This document shows positions 36,645-45,568 of a stretch of DNA of 64,000 bases, in pieces. The notes below the pieces were generated by a model that made no database searches, was not told where the DNA came from, and saw only the letters and a program-made list of their open reading frames with translations. Position 1 is the first letter of the stretch. Each line of letters starts with the position of its first letter. The position numbers and the translations under genes were made by a program. Origin of the DNA: Elusimicrobiota bacterium (GTDB taxonomy: Bacteria; Elusimicrobiota; Elusimicrobia; F11). The stretch lies in contig JBGAON010000001.1 in assembly GCA_044221725.1 (NCBI GenBank), positions 352,001 to 416,000 of the forward strand. Direction: 5' to 3'.

Positions 36645-39600
36645 TGGAAGCGAATAACTATTGTCGTCATTCCCGCGAAAGCGGGAATCTAGGTCTCAAG
36701 CAATTTTTTGAATTCAGGCTCAAAGCCTGGATTCCCGCTTTCGCGGGAATGACGTTATTGCTTTTGCCCGGACTGGTTCATTCCGAAGCGACGAAGGAAT
36801 ATACGCGCGACGCCGGAATTTATAGCGCGAACCCGTTCAGTATCTTCACGTTCTCGTTTAGCTCGATCAACGTTGATTTTGATTCCACGTCGGACCCGAA
36901 CCCGCCAGAGGGATTAAAAGTCGCGAGCACAACCGTCGCGACCCAATGGGGAGGATGGGGAATATTCAATACGACCGCGATGGGCAACAACGTCGTTACC
37001 GATTTGAATTTTTCGGACTATGTGAACGGGCATTTGCGATTCTGGTTAAAAAGCCAAATTGCGCTTGATGTAAAGATCGAATATCAGCAGGGGTCGAATG
37101 CCGTGCAAGTTTCCAGCAGCGTGGCCAGCACAGGCAACGCGTGGAAAGAAATTGTAATTCCATTGCAGTCGGGTGGCTTTGGTCTAAACAACGGTCAGAT
37201 GAACCGCATCCGTTCTCCATTTATTGTGGTGGCTCCGCAAACGACCGGCGTGCAAAAGCAATGGTTCATCGATCACGTGCGCTGGACAAAACCTGTCACG
37301 TCCATCGTTATGTATCCGCCGTCGACCACGGTTCAACAAGGTTTCCACCGCTTGTTTACCGCGGAAGGTCGCGATGCCGCGAACGAACGTGTCATTATTT
37401 ACCCCACGTTCAGTGTTTCTCCGACGGTCGGAACATTTACTCCGGCTGACCCGACTCCGGTCACAGCGTCACGCTTGAACGCGACCGGCGCGAGCGGCGT
37501 TGCAAACGCGGTTTTTTCACCGCTATCGGCGTCCTCCGTGGTCACCATTACCGGATCTCACATTAATGACGAGCTTGGGTTGCTTAGTGAAACAATCCCG
37601 TCGTCGTTGATCCTTAATACTGACAGCGAGTTGGATGTGTCCTCGGGCGGCGGCGGGACGGATCCGGTGTTATTGGATGAATCGAGCAGTGATGTACGGG
37701 AGGGCGTGCGCCGTTTTAAAACGACCATCAGCGCGCAGCCGGCGAATGGCTTTAGCGGGTGGTTTATTCAATGGAGTACGAACGCCGCGAACACGGTGAC
37801 ACGCGACATGAGCAATTATTACGACGGATCGTTGCGGTTCTGGTTCAAAGGTCCGGCCGCTCTACAAAACGTACTCCAGATTTCTGTTCGGTCCGGAAAT
37901 ACCGAAGCGGGCACCGAACTATCAAAAGTGAATCTCAAGAACTACGTGACGTTCGATGACACGTGGCGACCGGTTGTCATTCCCATTTCCGATTTCACTG
38001 GTGCGCGGCCCAAAGCCGATTTGTCGCGCATGAAAATATTGTTCGGAGCTTTTGCGGTCGGTGCCGTTGGAAGCGTACAAACGTTCTATATCGATAATCT
38101 TCGCTGGGACACAAATATTCCCGGCGCGCTGGCATCGCTCACGGTGTCGCCAGCATCGGTGACGGTTCCGCTTTCAGCGAAACGCCAATTCGTCGCCAAA
38201 GGCTTCGACGCGAACGGCGTGTCCGTTGACATCTTCCCAACATGGACAATCACCGGTGGCATCGGTTCGGTAAACCCATCGCAGGGGGCCATCACGCAAT
38301 TGACCGCCGCCAGCTCCGCGCAATCGGGAACTCTCAAAGCCAGTCAAGGAGCGGTATCAGCGACCGCGTCGGTAAACGTGGCCGATGTTCAATGGGTGCA
38401 GTCGTTCAACGTGTATTCGGACAATGGGTCTGGCGGATTTGTTGGAGTTGCTAAGGGAACGAACAACGGCACCGTGATGAATTTGAGCGAGCAAAATTTG
38501 GGCGCGGGCGTGGCGCCCGAAGGAAAATTTGTGCGCCAATCGAACTACACACTCGTTAACAATCCGAATCTTCAAGACGCGTTCGCGATTTGGTTCACCA
38601 ACGCGGACGCGGGCACCGGCTCGCGCTTCATGCATTACTTTGATACGGGCTATCTTTATTTTTGGGTACGCACGACTCAGGACCTACAAATCTCGATTCG
38701 CTCCGCCAACATAACAGCGGGGAACGAGCGTTCGAAATTTCGATTGAGTGAGCTTGGTGTTCCGCTCGACAACAATTGGCAGAAAGTGGTGATCGCGCTT
38801 GCCGATTTCAAGAACCGCGAACCGCTTTTGGATTTTGACCAGATTCAAACGTATTTCGCTATCGGCGCCGTGTCGTCGCAGATTGGGCCTGTTACGAACC
38901 AAACGTTTGACGTCGATGATGTGAAATGGCTCACGAACAATCCGGGCCAGCCCGACGACAACAAGATTTACATTGGTCTCAAAGAGAAACAGGCCGCGGG
39001 GGGGCTTGTGCGGTCGTTCGATACGTTGCTCGATGCGTACACCTACGATCAGGCGCTTGCCGCTATGAATTACACGTACCGAAAGGACGTGGCGTTATCC
39101 AAAAAAGTTTTTGACGTTTATAAATATGTCCATGATAATTACGGCGGTACCTTCAGCGGTTTTCACGAGGATTACAACATCAATTCGGCGGTGGGCGGGT
39201 ACACGGTGCTGAATAGCAGTCGCGTCGCCGGGCCAAACGCTTGGATTCTTCTCGCGATGATTCATTACCGGAATGTAACGGGTTCCACCGCGTACGACAC
39301 GGTGATTAACGACGTGGCGGCGTGGTTGCGCGGATTGCAGGGGGCTGACGGTGCTGTGCAGTTTGGGCGTGTAAATTCGACATTGATCACTCTTAAATCC
39401 ACCGAACACAATTTCGATGTGGTGGCCGCGTTTCGCGCGTACGCAAAAATGAGTGGCAACAGTGCGTACAACAGTTACGCGGACGCCGCGCGCAATTGGC
39501 TTCAGACACAAATGTACGTTCCCGCCCAGCAACGTTTTAACGTGGGCACGTACGCGAACGGAACCACAAACACGGATCGTGCGCTCGACGCTTATTCGTG

Positions 39601-40621
39601 GGCCCCTCTCGCCCTTTCCTCCTTCACGAACGTGTTGACGACCGCCGAGACCGATTTCAAGAACACAAAGGTGTGTGATTTGACGGGACTCAGTGTCACG
39701 GGATTTGATTTTTCGGGTCCACCCAACTTTGGCCCCGACTTGGACGCGGTGTGGTTGGAGGGAACAGGCCAAATGGCGCTTGCCTATTACCTTACCGACA
39801 ATCTCGCGAAAGGCGATTTTTACCTGCAAGAGCTCGATAAAGCGATCGTGAACACGTCCGCCAACGGCCAGGGCATGGCGTACGCGACGAACAACGGCAC
39901 CGCCTACGGTTTTAATATGAATTCGCTGAATCCAGCCATAAGTTCAATGGCGTGGTATCTGTTTGCAAAGCAGAAATTCAATCCGTTCAAGCCTTATCCG
40001 ATTTATGAGTTAAAAATCATGGACACGGCGTCCGGGACCGAACGTTCGTCGGTTGGCTTTACGGTTTCGGTTCCCGCGGCATGGGTGCGAGCGGATCAAT
40101 ACATCAAGCTCGATGTGCAACCGAATTCGGTCGATCCGTGGGGCTTGCAAATTTTGACGGATAACACGCAGCCAACCGTGGTTCCTCGTTTTGTTGATCC
40201 CACGCCGGGAACAACGTCCAATTCGGACTCGAATCCAGCGGGACTCCTTTTGGAATTGACCGGTCAAACAACAACGCCGTACCAAATCAACATGGCGTGG
40301 AGCGTCAAGGATACGAGCGCAACCGCCACCATGCCAATCGCAACCGATCCAAATTCCGGCGCGCCAAACTCCTTTCAGTGGATTTTTATGAAAGACCGCG
40401 CGACTCCAGACATTCCTTCAATGAACACGGTCGCGTTTGCGAACGGGCAAGATGATGTGATTGTTCGAAAAGCCGTGAGCGGAAGTCATACGTCCCAGGG
40501 ACCTGCCGGATACACCGCTTCCGTTTCGCCGGACTACTTATTTCTAGAAGCAAATTTTAATTCCGCTGCGGCCCAGGTCCGCTACTTAGCGCATATCACG
40601 TTCGAATTTTTCCTGCAATGA
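36644..40621 (+). CDS. Large secreted protein: 3 CBM-like domains + Ig-like domains + (alpha/alpha)6 glycosidase-like domain + C-terminal pilin-like domain
   Basis: Three repeats of Y..G.L.FW...W..(I/V)VIP...D.(V/L)(R/K)W; YDQALA, GPNAW, STEHNFD, DAYSW, VWLEGTGQM; last ~205 aa match 33711 protein. Confidence 0.8.
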   Translation: MEANNYCRHSRESGNLGLKQFFEFRLKAWIPAFAGMTLLLLPGLVHSEATKEYTRDAGIYSANPFSIFTFSFSSINVDFDSTSDPNPPEGLKVASTTVATQWGGWGIFNTTAMGNNVVTDLNFSDYVNGHLRFWLKSQIALDVKIEYQQGSNAVQVSSSVASTGNAWKEIVIPLQSGGFGLNNGQMNRIRSPFIVVAPQTTGVQKQWFIDHVRWTKPVTSIVMYPPSTTVQQGFHRLFTAEGRDAANERVIIYPTFSVSPTVGTFTPADPTPVTASRLNATGASGVANAVFSPLSASSVVTITGSHINDELGLLSETIPSSLILNTDSELDVSSGGGGTDPVLLDESSSDVREGVRRFKTTISAQPANGFSGWFIQWSTNAANTVTRDMSNYYDGSLRFWFKGPAALQNVLQISVRSGNTEAGTELSKVNLKNYVTFDDTWRPVVIPISDFTGARPKADLSRMKILFGAFAVGAVGSVQTFYIDNLRWDTNIPGALASLTVSPASVTVPLSAKRQFVAKGFDANGVSVDIFPTWTITGGIGSVNPSQGAITQLTAASSAQSGTLKASQGAVSATASVNVADVQWVQSFNVYSDNGSGGFVGVAKGTNNGTVMNLSEQNLGAGVAPEGKFVRQSNYTLVNNPNLQDAFAIWFTNADAGTGSRFMHYFDTGYLYFWVRTTQDLQISIRSANITAGNERSKFRLSELGVPLDNNWQKVVIALADFKNREPLLDFDQIQTYFAIGAVSSQIGPVTNQTFDVDDVKWLTNNPGQPDDNKIYIGLKEKQAAGGLVRSFDTLLDAYTYDQALAAMNYTYRKDVALSKKVFDVYKYVHDNYGGTFSGFHEDYNINSAVGGYTVLNSSRVAGPNAWILLAMIHYRNVTGSTAYDTVINDVAAWLRGLQGADGAVQFGRVNSTLITLKSTEHNFDVVAAFRAYAKMSGNSAYNSYADAARNWLQTQMYVPAQQRFNVGTYANGTTNTDRALDAYSWAPLALSSFTNVLTTAETDFKNTKVCDLTGLSVTGFDFSGPPNFGPDLDAVWLEGTGQMALAYYLTDNLAKGDFYLQELDKAIVNTSANGQGMAYATNNGTAYGFNMNSLNPAISSMAWYLFAKQKFNPFKPYPIYELKIMDTASGTERSSVGFTVSVPAAWVRADQYIKLDVQPNSVDPWGLQILTDNTQPTVVPRFVDPTPGTTSNSDSNPAGLLLELTGQTTTPYQINMAWSVKDTSATATMPIATDPNSGAPNSFQWIFMKDRATPDIPSMNTVAFANGQDDVIVRKAVSGSHTSQGPAGYTASVSPDYLFLEANFNSAAAQVRYLAHITFEFFLQ
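36665..36754. repeat. REP/RPE-type palindromic element inside a coding sequence
   Basis: Perfect 25-bp inverted arms CGTCATTCCCGCGAAAGCGGGAATC (36665-36689) and its reverse complement (36730-36754); each arm is itself a hairpin. Confidence 0.9.
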
Positions 40622-42798
40622 TTCTCGATCCGTCGCCGATTTCTGCGTCCGATCGAAAGTTAAAACATCCTTCCGCAGAAAAGAAATCGGGGCGGCGCGA
40701 AAAGGTCGGATTTGCGTTGCTGATCCTGTTGGCGTTTGTCGGGTCTTTCGGCATCTGGAGATGGGAGCCGAAATGGGCCAAGCCATCCGTCCCGCCCGTT
40801 GAAAAGCCGCTGGTACGGCTTCCCGTGCCAGACACCATCGATGAGCGCCACCGCGAACACATTAAAAACGTTTTGTCGGTGATCGAATCCAACATCAATC
40901 CCGAAACCTACCTCGCCTACAGTTTCAGTGGAGACAAAAGACTCGAGTATTGGAGCGTTGTCTACGACAATTGCATTCGCGCGATCGTTCACTTGCAAAC
41001 CGGACAGCCGGAGCTCGCCAAGAAAATAATCGACTACTTCATCGATAACACCGCGATCCAAAAAATCGGTTGGGTTCGGAAGAATCACCGGTTGGTGGCT
41101 CGGACGGGGTGGGTCATAAATATTGTCGATGCGTCGGAATCGCGTGCGGGCGGTCGTGGCATCGAACATATTGCGCATACCGGCCCCAACGCTTACCTCG
41201 GAATTGCAGCGCTCCATATTTTTGAAGTGACGGGGGAGCAAAAATATTTGCGGTTCGCCAAGAAACAGTGGGAATTATTAAAGGATTTGCAGAACGAAGA
41301 TCCGCAAGATCCGAATTTCGGCGGAATTCGTATGGGGCCCATGGGCAATCCCGCCAATCCACGCGAGCAGCGCTTGGATTTTAAACCATCGAATCCGTCG
41401 TTCTATGAGTTTTATAACGGTGAGCATGCGGCGGATTTTAAAGCGTTTTCCGAACTCCTTTCGGTTTACGATCTCGAAAATCAAGAACGCTATGAAAAAG
41501 CAGTGGATCTCATTGAGACGTGGGATCACCGAATTTACGATGCCGAAAAACATTTGTTTTATATCGGTACCACCGAAAAGAAATTTTTTGATCCAAACAT
41601 CGGGCAATGGATAAGCGTCGGGGTAATTCCGATGTATCCACTCGATACAAGCTCGTTAAAGATTTCCGCCTATGGAGTTGATGGATTGGAACAGTTTGAG
41701 AAGAACGCCGCGCAGAAAATTCGCAAAGCGATCGATGACAACTTCAAGGTGACCGTGAGGATCCCCGATGGCAGCGGAGGTTTCAAGTCCGTTTCCGGTT
41801 ATGACTTTGTTTGCAATTCGGACCGAGCGCGACTGATTCGCTTCGTTGAAATGGGACACTACGGCGACCGAAAAATAAACGAAGGCATCGGACGCGAACC
41901 GCTGCTCAGTGACGAATGGTCGAATTGGGTAGCGCTCGCCGATCTTCGACTCACCGCTGACTTTGAAAAGAAAAACGACAACCGAAAGGCCACGATGTAT
42001 TCAAACGCTTACTATGAAAACGCGCTCGTGAGCTCGATGAAAACGTCGATGTCGGTCGATGGGGGGCTTGCATATCCCTACGCGCAACCGCTGCCCGATT
42101 CGTTAAACAAGCCGGTCGGTTTCGGTTGGAACACACATCACGAGCCGTACGCGATCATTGGCGGTGCCGCGCGAATTCTGGGCATTTTGCGATTTGATCC
42201 GTTTCTCGCGCGTGGCGGGGATCGATCAACGACGGTCAATGTCGAGGTGAAGAAACTGGGCAGGCCCATCGGAGAAATGCGTGACAAGGCCGTACTTTAC
42301 ACCGAGGCCGAGCTGTATTTGCGCGATGCGTGGCGGGATTTGCGCGTGGCACAAATCAATGGACCGAAAGCGGAGTTGTACTGGAGCTGTGCTCGAGCCA
42401 CGTGTGAGAGGATGCTTCGTGAACACCAAGATTGGGTTGATGTGGCGATGTCGCAGAACAACAGTTTAAGACTCTCGCGGCAGCCATTTCCTCTCACGGG
42501 GGTTGCGAATTTGACGGAACGAGATTTGGAGCCGGTTTATCGAAAATATTGGGCGCTTTATCATATCGGCACCGCGGAATTTATTTTGGTCGTTGCCAAT
42601 GCGGGGCTGCGCGATATTTACCGCGAGCGCGGCGACGTTGGGCGTGCCGACGCATTGAATCTAAAAGCCATTGAAGCGGCAAAACGAATTAAAAAAGATT
42701 TTTGTTTTGCGCAGTCTTACGACGAGGGCGGTTGGTTATGGCAACCCGCGCAAGCCATTAACGAATACGTTGATCTCGCGGGGCCGATAAATCACTAA
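40618..42798 (+). CDS. Membrane-anchored (alpha/alpha)6 glycosidase-like protein with helical C-terminal domain
   Basis: N-terminal TM; YDNCIRA, TGPNAY, NGEHAAD, LDTSS, SDEW motifs colinear with those in the 36644 protein; YWAL..IGT...AQSYD.GGW.W.P tail. Confidence 0.65.
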   Translation: MILDPSPISASDRKLKHPSAEKKSGRREKVGFALLILLAFVGSFGIWRWEPKWAKPSVPPVEKPLVRLPVPDTIDERHREHIKNVLSVIESNINPETYLAYSFSGDKRLEYWSVVYDNCIRAIVHLQTGQPELAKKIIDYFIDNTAIQKIGWVRKNHRLVARTGWVINIVDASESRAGGRGIEHIAHTGPNAYLGIAALHIFEVTGEQKYLRFAKKQWELLKDLQNEDPQDPNFGGIRMGPMGNPANPREQRLDFKPSNPSFYEFYNGEHAADFKAFSELLSVYDLENQERYEKAVDLIETWDHRIYDAEKHLFYIGTTEKKFFDPNIGQWISVGVIPMYPLDTSSLKISAYGVDGLEQFEKNAAQKIRKAIDDNFKVTVRIPDGSGGFKSVSGYDFVCNSDRARLIRFVEMGHYGDRKINEGIGREPLLSDEWSNWVALADLRLTADFEKKNDNRKATMYSNAYYENALVSSMKTSMSVDGGLAYPYAQPLPDSLNKPVGFGWNTHHEPYAIIGGAARILGILRFDPFLARGGDRSTTVNVEVKKLGRPIGEMRDKAVLYTEAELYLRDAWRDLRVAQINGPKAELYWSCARATCERMLREHQDWVDVAMSQNNSLRLSRQPFPLTGVANLTERDLEPVYRKYWALYHIGTAEFILVVANAGLRDIYRERGDVGRADALNLKAIEAAKRIKKDFCFAQSYDEGGWLWQPAQAINEYVDLAGPINH

Positions 42799-44870
42799 TG
42801 CCCCGCTACTTCGGGTGGGGGAGCGGACGGAATTAATTTGTTCGCACGGCAGAACCAATAGACAAACAGAAAATCCGTCGATGGATAAATCTTCGCGCCG
42901 TCGCCTTTCAGGCGTCGCGGATTGCGTTGCCATAGGAAGGAATCTTTCGGTCGATGGGACACCGGAAGCGGTTCGCGAGAAAAGCCGCTCCATTCCCCGC
43001 CACCGATCGTGTCCGCCAGTTCACGATCGTGCGCATCCCAAAATTCTTTTCCATATCCGTGACGGTTTTCCGGGTAAAGTGAAAGATCGCGCAGCACCTG
43101 TTCCATGTCGCCCTGCTCCTTTTTGGACGCAAGGCAATTGAACGCCGTAACCATCGGATTGTCTTCGCCGCGGTACGAACTCCATTCCCGTTTCAGTAGG
43201 GAACGGTAACTCGCTTGAACCGTCGGATTTTTTTCCAACGAAATAAGATTCATGAGAGCCAGTGTTCCTAGGTAACCCCGGCGTTCCGAATTCGCGCGTG
43301 GATTGCCAGCGGTTAATTGCGTAAGTTCATCTTCAATCCCGTACCAATCGAGTGCCGTTTTCAGAAGTGCATCTTGCGAATAAAGATTCTCCCGATAGTA
43401 ATCGCGAAATGTCGATTTCTCCGTGATCTCGGCCGCGGTTTTCACAATGTGAAGCGAAATTAACGCGTTGGACGCCAATATTTTTAGATCGGAGAATTCT
43501 CGTAGGCGTTGACCATCCTCTTTTTTCGGAAACCGTTTTAAAAGTGTCGTCAGCATGTCCGCCAATTTGATTCCGGGATACTCTTTGTTTGTGTAGCGTT
43601 TGGGGAACAAGTCCTGACGATATTGTTCGCGCAGCACATCACGAACGCGCTCACCCAGCAGAAACACTCCGTTCATCGTAGGCAATGTCAATTCGAAACA
43701 CCGTTGCTCGTCTTCCGCTTCAAGCGCCTTAATCACTTCTTTCATTCCGGGCCATAGTTCGCCGAACGGTAGGTAGCGTCGCGACATTTTGAGATTCTTG
43801 ACGAACTGGTGAACGTCTTTTTTGTCGTCCAATAGTTTGCGAATGCCCGAGCGAATTTCCGACTCTGAAAGGTACGGCGTGAGACTGAACAATGTTTTGC
43901 TGCCGCTTTTTACGGCCAGATCATCACGCAAAAACTTCGTCGCGATACGGTCCACGTCATCTCTCATTTGCTTTTTTAGCGCGGGGTTCGTGATCCGCGG
44001 ATAGGCGACGGACATCGCGAGAAAGAACGAAGTGTAAACGTCCTTGCTTGGAATTTTTGAAAACGGGTTTCCATCGACGTCGACGTAACGTGTGATGATG
44101 GGTTCGTCAAATGTTCCTTTGATCGCGTTGTGCAAGGTCGCGAGCCCATTTTCGAGCGCCTGATAGGTAAGCGCATCGCCGGTGGCCGCGTACTTCCATG
44201 CGAGCGACGTGACATAGAATCCGGTGTAGGTGGTGGCGTCGCCTGTCTCATCGGGCGCTCCGTTCAACTCCCGGGAAACCACGAAGCCGTTTTCCAGATG
44301 ATCATGCGCCAGCTTGTCGGCAAGGCGCGTTGCCTTCTGTTCAATCGCTGTTAGGGATACCTCAGAAAACCGCTCAAATTGGATCGAACTGATTTCACCG
44401 TTCGCGAGCCCAATCCAGTACACACGCGGTTCGATTGTGTGTCGCTCCCGGCTTTCCATCGAAAACTCCAACCAGCGCGGCTCGTAGCGGTTGGGCCCCG
44501 AAAAATCTGCAATCTGGAGCTCGCGCTGCGCGATGAGTTTGTCGGTGGTTGTATCCCAGAGCTCAATTCGGAAAAGCCCGTAAGATGAAAACAATAATCC
44601 TTTCTTCGGATAATGACCGCGTCGCATTTCGAACGTGGCGCGATAGAGTCCGGGTTCCAGGAACAGCGGATCCTTAAGTCCCGAGATGGCGTAACCCGGA
44701 CGATCCCGCTTGTAGTCCAACTCCCATCCTCGAAATCCCGCTTTTCCGACGGAGTGGAGGGCTTCTGTTTTTACAACGATTTCTCGCACCATCGTGCGAG
44801 GAGGAGCGGTCACTTCGGCGGTCGCCGCGGCGGCCAGCAAAATTCCGACGAGAAAAGATGCTTTTTTCAT
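42795..44870 (-). CDS. Secreted hypothetical protein (N-terminal beta-sandwich + helical barrel, possibly glycoside hydrolase-like)
   Basis: Long ORF, signal peptide MKKASFLVGILLAAAATA; DATTYTG.Y....AWKYAATGD, SKD.Y, WQRNP, DFLFVYW. Confidence 0.65.
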   Translation of the reverse strand: MKKASFLVGILLAAAATAEVTAPPRTMVREIVVKTEALHSVGKAGFRGWELDYKRDRPGYAISGLKDPLFLEPGLYRATFEMRRGHYPKKGLLFSSYGLFRIELWDTTTDKLIAQRELQIADFSGPNRYEPRWLEFSMESRERHTIEPRVYWIGLANGEISSIQFERFSEVSLTAIEQKATRLADKLAHDHLENGFVVSRELNGAPDETGDATTYTGFYVTSLAWKYAATGDALTYQALENGLATLHNAIKGTFDEPIITRYVDVDGNPFSKIPSKDVYTSFFLAMSVAYPRITNPALKKQMRDDVDRIATKFLRDDLAVKSGSKTLFSLTPYLSESEIRSGIRKLLDDKKDVHQFVKNLKMSRRYLPFGELWPGMKEVIKALEAEDEQRCFELTLPTMNGVFLLGERVRDVLREQYRQDLFPKRYTNKEYPGIKLADMLTTLLKRFPKKEDGQRLREFSDLKILASNALISLHIVKTAAEITEKSTFRDYYRENLYSQDALLKTALDWYGIEDELTQLTAGNPRANSERRGYLGTLALMNLISLEKNPTVQASYRSLLKREWSSYRGEDNPMVTAFNCLASKKEQGDMEQVLRDLSLYPENRHGYGKEFWDAHDRELADTIGGGEWSGFSREPLPVSHRPKDSFLWQRNPRRLKGDGAKIYPSTDFLFVYWFCRANKLIPSAPPPEVAGH

Positions 44871-45007
44871 TTCCCTTGAGGGTATCCCCAAGAGTCTTCG
44901 TTTTCGAGTCGGTTGCCCGTCGAAAACGAGCCGAAAAGACTAAGTGTTGCTTTGCTCGGTCTTTGATAGCATTATCGCGGTCCAAAAAAACAAGATAGGG
45001 AGGATGT

Positions 45008-45493
45008 ATGAAGAAGCTCGTAGCAATTAGCGTAGCAGCGTTGACGATGGCGCCCTCGTTGGTTTTGGCAAAAGGCAACCATCCTATGGCAGGATGCGGA
45101 CTCGGTTATGTGTTGTTGTCCAATAAAGACAATTCAAAAGTGACTCAGATTCTCGGCGCAACGACGAACGGCACCTCTGGAAACCAGACGTTCGGAATCA
45201 GCTCCGGAACCTCGGGTTGTACCGAAGACGGAGCCGTTAAAGTGGTGAAAGCGGCCGAAGTGTATGCCGAGGTAAACCTCGATAGTCTTCGCCATGATAT
45301 GGCGGCGGGTGACGGCGAATTTGTTCGGACCTTTGCCTCGCTTCTTGGTGCCAGCGATGCAAATGTGCCGGCTCTCGTGAGCGTGTTTCACGCGAACTAT
45401 GCGTCTCTTTTCCCGAGCGCAACAATCTCCACCGGTGACATGCTCGATCAGCTCAGCAGCGTGTTGTCCAGCCACAAAGATCTTTTGAGCTAA
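45008..45493 (+). CDS. DUF3015 family secreted protein
   Basis: AGCGLG, ATTNGTSGNQTFGISSGTSGC, DMAAGDGE; GGGAGG RBS. Confidence 0.88.
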   Translation: MKKLVAISVAALTMAPSLVLAKGNHPMAGCGLGYVLLSNKDNSKVTQILGATTNGTSGNQTFGISSGTSGCTEDGAVKVVKAAEVYAEVNLDSLRHDMAAGDGEFVRTFASLLGASDANVPALVSVFHANYASLFPSATISTGDMLDQLSSVLSSHKDLLS

Positions 45494-45515
45494 TTTCCGT
45501 CCCCTCCTCAAATCG

Positions 45516-45565
45516 CCCCTCATCCGACCGAAGCTCCGTGCGACGGCGGATGAGGGGTTTTTTTT
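45516..45565 (+). terminator. Intrinsic terminator between DUF3015 and DUF4105 genes
   Basis: CCCCTCATCCG...CGGATGAGGGG stem followed by T8. Confidence 0.8.
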
Positions 45566-45568
45566 GAC

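Noticed and set aside
20160..44870. Glycan locus as a genomic island integrated at tRNA-Thr
   Set aside because: No integrase or transposase, no convincing duplicate of the tRNA 3' end, and no obvious compositional break
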